DNA of 45,489 nt from Atractiella rhizophila. Its lineage: Eukaryota. The DNA lies in contig MU271283.1 of NCBI GenBank assembly GCA_021432655.1, positions 62,001-107,489 on the forward strand. Direction: 5' to 3'. Below the pieces are notes generated by a model. The model was not told the DNA's origin and searched no databases. It saw only the letters and a program-made list of their open reading frames with translations. Made by a program: the position numbers and the translations under genes. Positions 1 through 16,726 of the stretch are shown one piece after another; positions within the stretch are counted from its first letter, which is position 1; every line of letters starts with the position of its first letter.

Positions 1-994
1 GCCAGCTTAGCGGGCGACCTGTTTACAAAATCACTTTTTGCCGCCTCTTCTCTTGAAGAGCATAAGTGCATCCTTGGGATGCAATACTTTACGTTGGAGA
101 GTATGAGGTCTTGAAAAAATGGTTGTTTCCTTCTTTCTACCTGGAATAGCCCACCCCTGCATCAGTACTCTGACAGCAGCAAGTAACCTCTACCGTTGAG
201 CCTGAGCTATCCTAAATATGCATACAGAGTCCGTCTAGCTCTTCGGTTCAGGTCACATTCATTTGACTAAGTGGCCAAAATGGTATTACACACCGCAAGG
301 CATTCCACGACTCATTTTCAGCTAATGTGGATTTATATAACCTGAACATTTCGAACTCGTTTCCTCTCCTTATCAAACCGCAATATATGACTTCATGACC
401 TGCACGGAAGTATTATCACGTGTCATAAATTGGAATATCAGAGAGCTGTACATATGCAATGGGGACAGATCAATCAAACAGCATATAATTGCTGCAACCC
501 TCCCATCAAAAGGCGTGCGTTGCACAAGAAAAGTCGGCAGCAAAGCAGCAATCATACATTCAATGCCCTTATGCCCTGATTATTGATTTGTGTCCCGGTC
601 TACATTATCCCCCCTCCGTTCTCTTTATCAGATTTCATCCCCGGCTGTGACACAGCATGTTTGAGGAACCTGCAGATAATTGGGGGGTAAATGAGGTGGA
701 GTCTTGGTAAATCTCTATCCTTCTTGCCACCTTGAGCTCGATCTTCTTTGGAATGATTGTGAACCGTTCCGCACCAGGATGAAGACTCGTGTATGAGGAT
801 TGTCAGGTCATGCCTTCTTTAGGTCCTTTTCAGCAGAAAAGCATCAGATTTGGTTCATTCCCTTCAGGTTAATATGATTAACGTGTTATTCTTGTCAATC
901 GAATTCTCCCTGTTTCGATTAGCATTTTCCTACCTGCTGATATTTGTAAGCCGTTGGACTGATCGTCATTTCTGCCCACTTCCGCTGGATACAG

Positions 995-2189
995 CATCGG
1001 GTCTCTCCTCTATGCTCTCGGGATTCCTAGCCGCCACTTCCGCATCAACAATTACCTTTCCAGTACCTGGCACCAAGGCGGTCATTGCTCCGTTGGTCCC
1101 TCTCTCTATTCATACTTCTTCTTTTTCAATGTAGCATACTGAGTGTGGGCCTTGATGATGTGGCAGGCACGCTGGATACGATTATTCTGGACCAACAGCA
1201 GCATGGGCATATGCCGCGTTCGAAGTGGAAAAGATGTGTGTTTATCGTTTGATGTCATTTCTCCACAACTAATACATGCACGCATTATGATAGAAAGAGG
1301 ATTTTTATCCTTGGACCTTCTCATCATGTTTACATTCCCGGCTGCGCGCTTTCAGCATGCTCTTCCTACGCAACTCCAATTGGGGACCTGCCCCTCGATC
1401 TCCCCAGTGCGCTATCCTTCCTTTTCATCTGTTTCTGTCCCTTTGTTATCTATGAACATATGCGTCTGCAGTCATCTCATCGCTACGTTCAACGGGGAAA
1501 TTTGAGGATCTCAGCAAAAGGGACGACGAAGCGGAGCACTCCCTCGAATTACACCTTCCTTACCTGGTCCACATCTTTAAAATCCACGACCTCCCTCCTC
1601 CGCCAATAGTTCCAATAGTAGTTGGGGCAGTGTCATTTGAGAAAGAGAAGGAATATGGGGCTCTCCTTGCGCCGTATCTACAAGAAGAGGGAACGGTTGC
1701 AGTCGTTAGCAGCGATTTTTGTCATTGGTGTGTCCCACCTTCCTCCCCCTGTCAAATATTAATGATGAGCATAGGGGACGACGTTTTGATTACACCCGAA
1801 GAGAAGAAGGAACCCCCATCTGGCAATCCATTGCGTCTTTAGATCGCAATGGGATGAATGCTATCGCTTTCCCCAATCCCCAAGTCTCTCTGGAGACACC
1901 TCAGACGGGGGAATACTTTTCTTCCCTTCCATCCCTCCACTCATCCTCTTCATCGAAGACGGCGAGAGAAGCCCACGAAGAGTTCAAAGCCTATCTGAAG
2001 GAAACCAAGAACACGATCTGTGGACGACATCCAATTGGGGTTTTGCTTGCTGCTCTCGCGAGCATACAAGAAGAACAACAGGAGGACGGATGGGAGATCA
2101 GGTGGACAAGATATGACCAGAGCTCGAAATGTACGAGGAGCGGAGATTCAAGTGTTAGCTACGGAAGTGGCGTGGTTACGAAGAGATAG
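995..2189 (+). CDS. MEMO1: MEMO1-family (AmmeMemoRadiSam protein B-like) protein, multi-exon; first coding exon not found
   Basis: Manually spliced exons give [12 protein letters not shown] / [15 protein letters not shown] / [35 protein letters not shown] / [15 protein letters not shown]...[15 protein letters not shown]...[13 protein letters not shown]...YDQSSKC...DSSVSYGS. These are the hallmark MEMO1 motifs. Stop TAG ends at 2189. Confidence 0.93.
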
Positions 2190-2722
2190 ACCCAGAATGT
2201 GAAGAAATAATTCGAAGCCGTTGTATTTGTAGAATCAAAGGATGTAGCTCAATCAGGACCCTTGTTGTATTTCATTTCTGCTGGTGCAGAGTGCGACATT
2301 TTTGACATGAGCAAGAAGGCATAGATTGCATACCGCACCAAGAACTAGAAACTAGCAAGAACCGACAACTTCTTCTGGATGGAACGTAACAAAGTATAAT
2401 TTGAACTCCAACATTCAACTTGACCACTGGGAACAGCTGACGGAATGATGTGATATCACGAAGAAAATGATACAATAATGTACTCGGAAAGAGAAGAGGA
2501 TCGATAAATGGTACGACATGACTTTCCTGCAATGCTTGTTACTTGTTGCGATGAGACTGCTTCGAATTTTGAGGCCGTTGAAAGATCTATGAATGGACGG
2601 AGATTTTGAGAGGTGAAGATTTTGAGGCAGATACTGGTATAATCGAGATAAGGACATAGGTATGGGCGACGTCTCAGCGTCCGCACGAAAGTTGATGAGG
2701 TGACGGTCCAAGAGGAGAAGCG

Positions 2723-5123
2723 TCAAATATGTTTAGTGCCGACGAGACAGAGGACGATGATAAGGGTTGCGAAGCAGCAGGTCGCGATTGCAGAAGCGAT
2801 TCGACATGCTAGGACGTAACCATTCACTTCTGGCTTTTGATTCTCTGTTGTGGCGGGTATTAAATATGGCTTGGAGCGTGATCGGAAGTCGGGGAGTGCG
2901 CCGTCTGAAGGACGAAGGTAGAGAGCCCCTAGGAGCCAGAACCAAGGGAAGAAGAAACCTGATTCCAACATCAGAGAGGCCGAAGTAATGAAGGTGGACT
3001 AACCGAGATAGAAACAGAGAGCAGGAATGTTGCCCTCATCTTCCAGTCTGTCCAACAATCCCCAGTCCGTTTCCTTGTCTTCCCTCCACTTCCATCTCCA
3101 CATTCGTTTTGAAAGCTTCCTCGACCTCTGCTGCTTCTTCTTCTTCAGCAATCCACGCTCACGCTCACTTTTCTTTTCCACGTTTCCTTCTTCGTCGCTA
3201 CCAGCGACGCTCATCCGGCTCTCACTTCTCTGCAGGTATTCAGCTATGCTTAACCTCGAGCCCTCATTCGGTATCGATATCTTGACGCTATTCGATCTTC
3301 TCCTCAACTTCGAAGCGCTTTCTCGAACGCGTTGGGAATACAAGCTTCCAGGACGATTTCCGCCTCCAGCTATTCCAGACTCTGGAAGACTGTCTATGTC
3401 GTCCATTCCAATCATCGTAAATCCCCTCCCTTCCACCAACCTCTTCTCCACCTCAACCAAATCCTCAAACCTGACTCCGACATGCGGCTTGGCATTCGAA
3501 CCCCTTCTCGATTCCAAAAGATTGACGTCCGACCTACTCGCATCCGAGTCCACTCTCGTCCTCATGCTCACTCCAAGTCCGACAGAAGCGCCGGCGACTT
3601 CTCCCACCTACGCCTTCTGTGCTCCTCCTCGTCCATTGAATACGACACGTGCTGTCCTCTCCTTCCCCCATACCCATCCACGTCCATACTCATACTCATA
3701 CTCGGTGGAGTTGAAGGGTTAGATGGGCTTAGAGCGCTGCGTCCCAACCACGGAATTCCAAAAATGCTCCCAAAGCTCCCCCAATTGCTTGTTCCCGGCG
3801 TTCCGCTTCCCCTGCCCTTTGGATTGACCTGCATGCCTCGAAACTCGGGACTTGCAGGGAGGGAGCTGAACACGCTGTCACCGGCGTCAGGGGAGGAGAA
3901 GAGAGGAGAGAGGGGAGTCTGGGTGGACGAAGCCGGGGAGGGAGGCTTCGGACGATCGCCAGTCGAAGGACGGGTGGGCGTCAGGGGCGGGTTCATGAGT
4001 CTAGAGGAGCGGGGAGAGACGAGGTGTTGTGAAGAGTTGAAGAAGCTTCCTATGGTCCAAGTTCCGGATCTTCTGTTGAGTTTCTCTTTCTCTTTCTTTC
4101 CCCTCGCCCTGCCGAATGTCCCTCCCTCATCTTCCGAGTCGACGGACATAGCAAGTGCGGAAGGAGAGATTGGAGCGGTTGGTGCGTAGACCCATCCTTC
4201 TTCTTCTACTTCTTCTCTTTCTCGACGTGACGATTCGTCCATGGAGAATCCAGCCATTCCCATTCCCATCCCGCTCGCCATCCCCACTCCCATGCTCGAA
4301 GTCTGGCTCTGCACTCTCTCCCTTCCCTCCATCCAACCAGGGGTGGTAGGAGCGCTTCTGCTCCTCTCCTCTTCGCTTCCACCCGAAGGAAAAACAAAGC
4401 TCCTCAATCTCCCCACCTCTTCCTCCTCAAACACCAACCGAGTCGAAGACCGCGGATCCGACAGGTCCTCCTCTCCATACGTCAACCTCACACCAATCAC
4501 GCTCGGTCGCTTCTTCGGTGTCGGTCCAACGGAATTGGAGAACGACAAACCTGGCACCTCGCCAGTGAAATCAAGGTCCACGTCTTCATCTCCCTCTTGC
4601 GTCCTCCCTCCCTCCTCCACCTCTCCACACTCGCCGGACTTCCATCCAACACCGTAGTATCAGCGTACGGAAACCCTTTCGGCGTCTTGTCCATCATGAG
4701 CTTTGGAAAACGGATGCGGGTCGCATTGCTGCTCGTCGACGCGGACATGCTCATGGGAGTAGAGTAACTCATTCCAGATTGCGAGATACGAGGTGGTGTT
4801 TGGACTTTTTGGGCTGATGGACGTTCAACCACCCTCTGTCTGTGAGGCGAGGGATTGGGAGAGTGGATGGCCGAGGTCGGGTTCCAGACGAAGGCATCGA
4901 GAGAGATTTGGGAGACGTCGGAGGCGCTGAGGGAGTGGTGAGGGGTCCGATAGGGAGTTGAAGTCGAATGTTGCGAGGGAGAAGAGGGAGAAGCGGTCGG
5001 TGATGGAGGTGAGATCGCAGGAAGCAGGACGGATGGTGAACGCGAAGGTGGGGAGGGAGCTCGAGGGCGGGCAAGAGGTGCATGGTACGTCGTCGAAGGG
5101 GAAGAAGGTTCGCTGGAAGACAT
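2723..5123 (-). CDS. Hypothetical Ser/Pro-rich, largely disordered protein with C-terminal transmembrane segments; two apparent 1-nt frameshifts
   Basis: ORFs 4497-5123, 3568-4620, 2999-3607 and 2723-2971 join into one protein through frame changes near 4600 and 3604 and one GTTAGT..TCAG intron near 2960-3004. The C-terminus has hydrophobic stretches ALCFYLGFFFPWFWLLGALY and CRIASAIATCCFATLIIVLCLVG. Confidence 0.7.
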
Positions 5124-5889
5124 TTGTTCCTACTGCCCATAACCAACATATTATTCCAACATTTGAAGAAGCTTAGAAAGAAGGAGAAACGTACGATGAT
5201 GGTATAGCTAAAGGTTGGTATTGTGTTCGTTGTTCGTTGTGCGTTGTGTAAAGAACGGGAAGTGGAAAGACCGTTGGATTTTGAGGCTCAAACAGGTATG
5301 CAGAGAGAAAAGTAAAGTCTATGCCAGCCCACAATAGCACACGAGGCAGGAAATGGCCAACGCATCGATCGAAGAAGGCATAATGAGAAATTCTCTTCCA
5401 CCCACGTCCGATTGCAGAGGAAAGAATGTTCTCACCTATCAATCTATCGACTTTCTGTCAGTCTGAGTTCCTTGCTGAATGGATATCTCGTCAAAATGCT
5501 GAGGTTCCTGCCCAATGAATAGCACCCTTATACCGCTGTAGAAATACCTTAATAACGTCGGATGCCGTAATAAATGTCCAACTTTGCCCAACTTGACAGG
5601 TGCAACTACGAGTCGAAGTGAGATGGTTGGGCGTAAACAACGGGGAGACCGACTCTTAGAGGAGAACGTAAAACGGATAGAGACTGATAACGGGTAGCGA
5701 CCGCAGGGAAGGGAAGAATGACTGACATAAAACAATCAACAGAAGGACATTGCGTTGGATATGCATCCGCTTGCAGCGTTGCTGGGCAAAATCTCAATCT
5801 CACACGTGGTCACTTTCGGCCTTCTTCTGCAACCTTTTTTCAAACGAGACAAAATTATCAACAGCACGTGATCACCTCGACGCGAGCGA

Positions 5890-6617
5890 ATGACCATCCA
5901 AGCAGAACTTGGAAGGTATTCCCCTTCCCTACCTCTGAGACTAGCGCTGGAACATCTGTCGTCGAAGGGAGAAGAGTCGTCTAAAGCTGTCATTCTTACC
6001 CCGTCGCTGCAGAGACTGCAGGAGGCTTTGAGGCAGGATGAGCCGAACCACGGTTGGATCGAGGAGCAATGGGGGAGGGAAGAATGGGATCGTGTAGAGA
6101 GTATGATGATTTATTCCTTCTTTACATTGATGTGATATGTACCTATGCTCATTCAACGCGTATAGTCAGGGAGTTGAGGACACTTGAGCTATGGGACACC
6201 TTCTTTCTTGCCTTTGTCGAGCCACCCACGACCACGCTCATAATCTTGCACTCTCTATCCTCACTCCTTCCGTACGACATAATCTCTCGATTTTACTCTA
6301 AATATATTTATACTGAAAGGAGAAACAGAAACTTGGCCTCCGTTCAACCCTACGCCTCAGTGCTCTCCTCCCTCCTTTCTCTTGACCGCTTCCTCTCCCA
6401 ACCTTCTACCTCCACCTCCAAGTCGAACTCTCAACCCGATCCTGGACACGCTGTAACAAAATTCGTGATAATAGACGACGTAGAAGGGAAGAACAGGGAA
6501 GCGGTTCCTTTCCACCTGAGGGAGAAGAGGGAGGAAGTTGGCGTCTCCTTGGACCTGGGCGACATTGTGCGCTGGTTCTTGAGCGATCCTCTTAATGTAG
6601 ATCGCGGTGTATCATGA
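5890..6617 (+). CDS. Hypothetical protein, possibly an inactive RecA/Rad51-paralog-like fold (SWSAP1-like)
   Basis: ATG at 5890 lies just downstream of a CACGTG. A GTATGA...TATAG intron (about 6101-6165) joins ORF 5890-6135 to ORF 6054-6617, giving the pattern LALEHL...AVILTP...DRVEIRELRTL...TLIILHSLSSLL...FVIIDD. The gene is likely; the family call is weak. Confidence 0.55.
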
Positions 6618-7357
6618 TTTTCTGTTGAATGTTTCTTCACGGTTTTCTCGTCGTTGTCTTTGTGTCACCGTTTGTTTGAGATCCAGGCTTTGGGCTTTGG
6701 GCTATCACCATGTTATGTAAACTCACCAGGTAGAAGATCTCGATTCCAATTTGCCTCTTGCTCTCCCCCGTCTGTTTTTACGCAACAGCACTAGATACTC
6801 CATCACTAATGAGGGAGATAAACCTCCAAGGGATGAATACGCTGGAACCTTCATGGCAGTTCAGCCGCACGTTCCTTCGCTTCGTGACAGCACCAAACTG
6901 TATTGATCCAAGGATCCATGAACTACTTACCCTTCTGAATAAGTTGTAATGCAAGAATTCAGCTGGAATCAATATAGAATTGTCATGAATTGATACACGC
7001 CAATTGAACCTGAATCCCCTGAAGTACGATAATGCCTATTCTCGCATTATCCTTTCCCTTCTCAAGCATCGAGCGCAACGATGTTCAAAATTATAATTTT
7101 GAAGGTTTTCTAATTAGCAGACCTTGCAGCAAAATGCACTTGACAGTATAATATCAGTGCAAGGTATTATCTGAAACAAGAGGCGAGCGAATCTGGATGA
7201 TAATTTGCATCACTGAACAAGGATAGAAATGTGCTTGTAATGCAAACGTCATGTGATCGGGTTAGGTCATCGGTGCCTTTTCTACTCTTTTGCCGTCCCA
7301 TCGAGGCACGATTTGACAATCGCAACTTGGAACTCTGCGGCCTGAAGGGACTCGAAA

Positions 7358-8432
7358 ATGCTCATTAAACAATCTTACACAGACATCGAGACGCCAACTG
7401 GCACCATGAGGTAAGTTCGACCATACAAACATCAGACAGATTGTCATTAATATTCATGTCCGGGTGTACCGATCAGAGTGCAATTGGTATATCCAAACCT
7501 GCCAGCGTACCCACAGGCCAAATTCCCAGGCGTTATCGTATTTTCTGAGATCTACCAAGTTGGTCTTATTCCCCATTCAAGATCAAGCTCTTATCTTTCG
7601 CTTAAAGACCACTGGTCCCGTCATGCGTTACGCCGCTGACATCGCATCTCAAGGCTACGTTGTCGCTGCTCCGTGCTCCTTCCACGAATTTGCTGGTCCC
7701 CATCCGATACCTTACGACACCAAAGGAACTGATGCTGGGAACGCTTACAAGGCACGGAAGCTCCTTAGCGCGTATGATTCCGACTGTAGACTCACCTTGG
7801 ACCTTCTCCAATCGCTCCCCAATTGTAACGGACGCTTGGCTGCAACCGGAATGTGTTTGGGCGGCCATTTAGCATTTCGGGCTGCGTTCGACAAGAGGGT
7901 CGAGGCCGCGGTTTGCTTCTTTCCTACTGATATTCATGAGGAGTCGTTGGGTACAAATAAGGCAAAAGAAAATCGGAAGAGTGATAGTCAGGAAAGAGCA
8001 AAGGAAATTGAAGGAGAGGTGGTCTTGATTTTTGGGGTTGATGATGGACATGTGGTATGCTCCTCGCTTGCACATTCATACTTGCCTTTCTCATCATTTT
8101 GCACAACAACCCCGACCTATCTTCTGTTGGGACCAGCCGTTTGAAGGACGAACGAAAATTCGAGGGGTCATGAGCTCATTGCATCCAAAAACACGAACGA
8201 GCTTTTTAGAGCTTCAAGCAAACCATGCTTTCATCCGAGACGAGTCCTCCAAAGGTTTGTCCACAATTAGTGTCTTGCCCTCATTTACAACTGTTTATGC
8301 CGAATAGATCGCTACGATGCTGCACTAACTCGCGTCTGTTTCGGCCTCTTGTTGGAGACATTTGAGAGGACCATTGGAAGAGATCTTGGTCCCAAAGGAG
8401 CTGCGGCGGGATCAGGCGAACTGGTTTGCTGA
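7358..8432 (+). CDS. Dienelactone hydrolase family protein (carboxymethylenebutenolidase-like), multi-exon
   Basis: [18 protein letters not shown] / ...[13 protein letters not shown] / [21 protein letters not shown]; nucleophile elbow [14 protein letters not shown] (G-x-C-x-G); acid region IFGVDDGHV; catalytic His in ANHAFIRD; ends ...GSGELVC* at 8432. Confidence 0.92.
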
Positions 8433-8647
8433 ATAGGCGCGAGAGGAGCAAAAAGCAGCGTAGAATGTATGGTATAACGAAAACCAAAGGTATATTCCAG
8501 AAAACATGTTGTACAAATCATTTTTTCTCTTCATGATGTCCCTCAGAGATTGCAACAGTACGAATAAACATATATCATCAGCCATGACGGGTATGCCGAT
8601 TCCTCCAATCCAAGTCTTTGAACAACGATGCACAAATATCCCCAGAA

Positions 8648-9676
8648 CTAATCGAGACGTGCCAGCGAAACTGAATGTACACTTCCAACGGTCGAGAGGG
8701 TACTGAAAGTAGGACCCGAAGCAAATTCAACGCGAATGATAAGCTCTGTGCCTCCTCCTTCGCCCTCCTGGATGATTTCTGGCTTCGTTTCGAGTCCGAT
8801 TGTCTTTCTCGGTTTTGGTGACGACCTGAGCTGTGCACAACGAGAATAAATTAATGACCTCGTCTCACATCTGAGGGAGAAACAAACCTCCGTGAGCCGT
8901 AAGATCGATAGCGTGTGGACGCCACTTTCCGTCAGTGTCGTCTTTGATTTGGAGAGTGTATTCAACTCGCGAATCAACTGGGTAGTCAAGGAAGAAACCT
9001 TCTTTCAACGCGTTTACTGAAGAGCGAGGTTGTGCAATGCTGTCGTAATGAAAGAAGACTGAAACCAGCAAATCATTCAGTATTGGGGCCAATGAGAGAA
9101 TCAAGGACATTGCGTACCCTGTTCTTTCACCAACATGGAATTCACGCCTCCCAGCTCTCCCTCGTCTCTTATGAATCCGTATCCCGTCCTCATAGAATAA
9201 CTGACTACCTTTCCCTCTCGTCTCTTCATCCCTATTATCTCCTCCCCTCCATTGACCGGAGTCCTCCGTGCCACCACATCTTCCCAAGTCTTTTTTCTTG
9301 TCCTCAATTGCCAAGGGAGTAGCCAGCGCGGCATAGTTCTCGTTCGACTCGGTCGTTGTGGTCCAATGAACTCTTCTTGCGGTTCATCTGTGACCACAGT
9401 GCAGAGGGATGTAGGGGAAGGAGGCTGTGGGCGGAATGGAGGGGGTAAGCGTCGGCGGACAGCGAGGAGGGCGGAAGAGAGGCGAGAGTTGATATTGGAG
9501 ATATTGGAGATATTGAGGATAGGGTAAGGGTCCGTCTGGGACTTCGGGAGGGACATGTGGGATATGGTGCTGTAGGAGGAAGTTTGGGTAGAGGTGCTGG
9601 AGTCGTAGGTGGTTGTTGATGGTGAGATAGAGAGCGTTGTCGCAAGCACGAGAGGGTTGCGATGTGGTGAGACCAT
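8648..9676 (-). CDS. Cold-shock domain (CSD/OB-fold) protein with a low-complexity N-terminus
   Basis: Removing the 59-nt GTACGC...TTCAG intron (9117-9059) gives REGKVVSYSMRTGYGFIRDEGELGG...KEQVFFHYDSI...RVEYTL...GKWRPHAIDLTAHGG, containing RNP1-like GYGFI, RNP2-like VFFHY and a CSD-type C-terminal strand. The start may be 9676 or 9556; the last exon frame is uncertain (stop at 8648 or 8578). Confidence 0.75.
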
Positions 9677-10560
9677 ATATAAGAATCTTATAAAAGGGGT
9701 GGTCTGCGAATGTCAGGCGAACCGCCGGGTCTCAAAGTAAATCGCCCTTTGGCTGTCCAATTGAATGGTCAATGTCCTTCGGGATGTTCCTCAAGTTCCA
9801 GTTTGCTGGCCGAAGTGCTGAATTTGGCTGAATCGTGCAGAAGAAAGTGGTTCTCGAGGAGAGAAAGAATTTCTGGAAGATCAGAAGAGTATATATATTA
9901 CTCTTCGTTCAACTGGTACAAGGACTCCGCACCTCTGCCTCCAATAGTCAATCCTGATGGATAGTACCAAAACGGCGGGCTGTGGCGGGGTACGTATTGA
10001 CGCGGATGAGTAGAGGAGGGCGGAAGAGAGGCGAGAGTTGATATTGGAGATATTGGAGATATTGAGGATAGGGTAAGGGTCCGTCTGGGACTTCGGGAGG
10101 GACATGTGGGATATGGTGCTGTAGGAGGAAGTTTGGGTAGAGGTGCTGGAGTCGTAGGTGGTTGTTGATGGTGAGATAGAGAGCGTTGTCGCAAGCACGA
10201 GAGGGTTGCGATGTGGTGAGACCATATATAAGAATCTTATAAAAGGGGTGGTCTGCGAATGTCAGGCGAACCGCCGGGTCTCAAAGTAAATCGCCCTTTG
10301 GCTGTCCAATTGAATGGTCAATGTCCTTCGGGATGTTCCTCAAGTTCCAGTTCGCTGGCCGAAGTGCTGAATTTGGCTGAATCGTGCAGAAGAAAGTGGT
10401 TCTCGAGGAGAGAAAGAATTTCTGGAAGATCAGAAGAGTATATATATTACTCTTCGTTCAACCGGTACAAGGACTCCACTCCTCTGCCTCCAATAGTCAA
10501 TCCTGATGGATAGTACCAAAACGGCGGGCTGTGGCGGGGTACGTATTGACGCGGATGAGT
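9464..10560. repeat. Direct tandem duplication: 548 bp (9464-10011), one A (10012), 548 bp (10013-10560)
   Basis: Copies align at offset 549 with only a few substitutions (agtttgctgg/agttcgctgg, aactggtac/aaccggtac, ccgcacct/ccactcct). It covers the promoter and 5' end of the CSD gene. Confidence 0.97.
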
Positions 10561-12369
10561 CGAAGCTTCACCCCCTTCCTTCGACTATTCTTTCGAAAGG
10601 ATCACAGACCACTCGCTGCTTCGATGCTTCGCTCCTCTTTTATCCAGAAAAGTGAGCTGATGATCCTCCAAGAAATAACGCCAAAGTTTCAATACACATG
10701 CACAGGCTCGGACATAAGGGGGAGATGAGGTTCGTTCACGTTGATTAATGGTTAATAAGCCATTCAACAATCCTGGACGCAAAGGAACAGAACGTGACAA
10801 AGTATTTGAAGTGATCTTGAGTCCTTCAGCTTTGCTACAGGTACTACATCTGATCGAGATTGATAGGTGGGAGAAGGATGTATTTGGAGCCAAGGTCCCA
10901 GGCAAGTGCAAGTGATAAGGTCAGGATACAGGAAAGAGAAAGGGTTTCCAAGCAGCCAGATTGGCCAACTGACCAGCGAGCATAATGCCAGACATCAGAC
11001 AGACTAATTATCAAGTGGAAACCCTGTGCCATACAGTATTATTTTGGTGAAAGCGCTCTGTCCATGTCTTCCCCGAGGACTTCACGTACTGCTTCCCGGG
11101 CAAGAACAACAACGAGAAACCTGAAGATGGCAAGGTGGAATTGGGGGTAGGCCCGTAAACAATCTTTCGTGTCGCCTTCAGACCCCCGAAGATCGGTGCG
11201 TCAATTCTTGTTATTTCCATCATACGCGTTGCAAATCATCCCACTACATTTCCTCCACCACGACCCAGCCTCAGTTAAGAATAAAGTGGACGGGAGCAGC
11301 CTCAGGCTGGAAAGGAAAAAGTTCGCCACATCTGATCGACATTGCTGGAGCGTGTCCATCTCTGATGCATCGGATGTGCCCCTGACGATCGTATTCTCGA
11401 ATGGAACGGGAGTGCAACATCAGCGCTGCAGCGCTTCCTTCGAGTGAAGCAATGATGACGGCAGAATCCGAATGCGTAGGCATGGACACAAAGGCGTCAT
11501 GGAATTCGGTAATGGAAGCGTGAGCGCGTGGAAGAGTCAGTGGAGAGAAAGCATGCTGGCTGAAATTTGACGCGCTGAATGTTCCTTGATCATGCATTAT
11601 GTCGTGCAAGTGGACCTCGTGAGACTTCCCCTCAATAGCCCCTGAAATTATGCATGAGATCTCCCCAACGAATCCAATGCCAGCTGTCTGACGACCAGAA
11701 AAGCTGGAAAGCTGAAGTTTCGACCTGGTGGCTTTGCTTTTAGTTTTGCAGGCACAGTCGAAGTGACCGCAGCGGGAGATCCGAGGAAATCAGAGTTTCC
11801 TTTCCAACTACCACCATCAGCCACACAGACCCTCACCTCCTTCTCGATATCCATCTAAACCTCGCCTAACTCCCTCCATAAACCTCGCCACGACACATAT
11901 CGAACGATACACAAGTCGCAAAATCGAAGAATCGACGAAAAACAGGTCGATTCGGTGGTGAAACGGACTTAGTTTCTGGATTGAGTCTCCAGGTGATCAG
12001 CTCTCCTTCTTTCCATCTTAGAATCGTCAGGGATTGGTGTTGAAGGTGCTCTGGATTAAACAGAGGATTTTTTGTCGCTTTTACCCTTGGGAGTGAAGTC
12101 GCAAGGAGAAGTCATTCCCAGCATCGCCAATAGAAATCAACCAAACTGTCACCCGTATCATTTCATTCTTCTTCGATTCAATACCTCGACGATATCAGTT
12201 CCATTTCGGCTAAGACTAATCCACTAATCATCCTCAATCACGCACTTTAATCCTTCATACACGTATCTAGCCTCCGAATTCAGCAATCACCAATACTCCG
12301 AACCTACCTACAGCCACAACCAGTCCAAACAACGCAGCTTACTCGACACCCCCAACCAAACCCCTTTCG

Positions 12370-16726
<4,357 letters not shown>

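Noticed and set aside
3027..4657. Long plus-strand ORFs (3027-3722, 3332-4189, 4241-4657)
   Set aside because: They are antisense shadows of the low-complexity minus-strand gene. The same applies to antisense ORFs over the kinase, FIP1, Byr4 and UBE2S.
9490..9518. GATATTGGA 9-nt tandem units
   Set aside because: Only about three copies encoding NIS repeats, with no spacers; not a CRISPR-like or otherwise functional array.
9881..10225. Second 'MVSPHRNP...' ORF as a CSD paralogue
   Set aside because: It is only the duplicated 5' end, lacks the CSD, and ends in junction-derived sequence.
9710..10513. Twin 84-aa plus-strand ORFs (9710-9964, 10259-10513)
   Set aside because: They are products of the 548-bp duplication and have no recognisable motif.
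9464..10560. Direct repeats as LTRs of a retroelement
   Set aside because: The copies are adjacent with no internal gag/pol, no TG...CA ends and no target-site duplication, and the unit contains host gene sequence.
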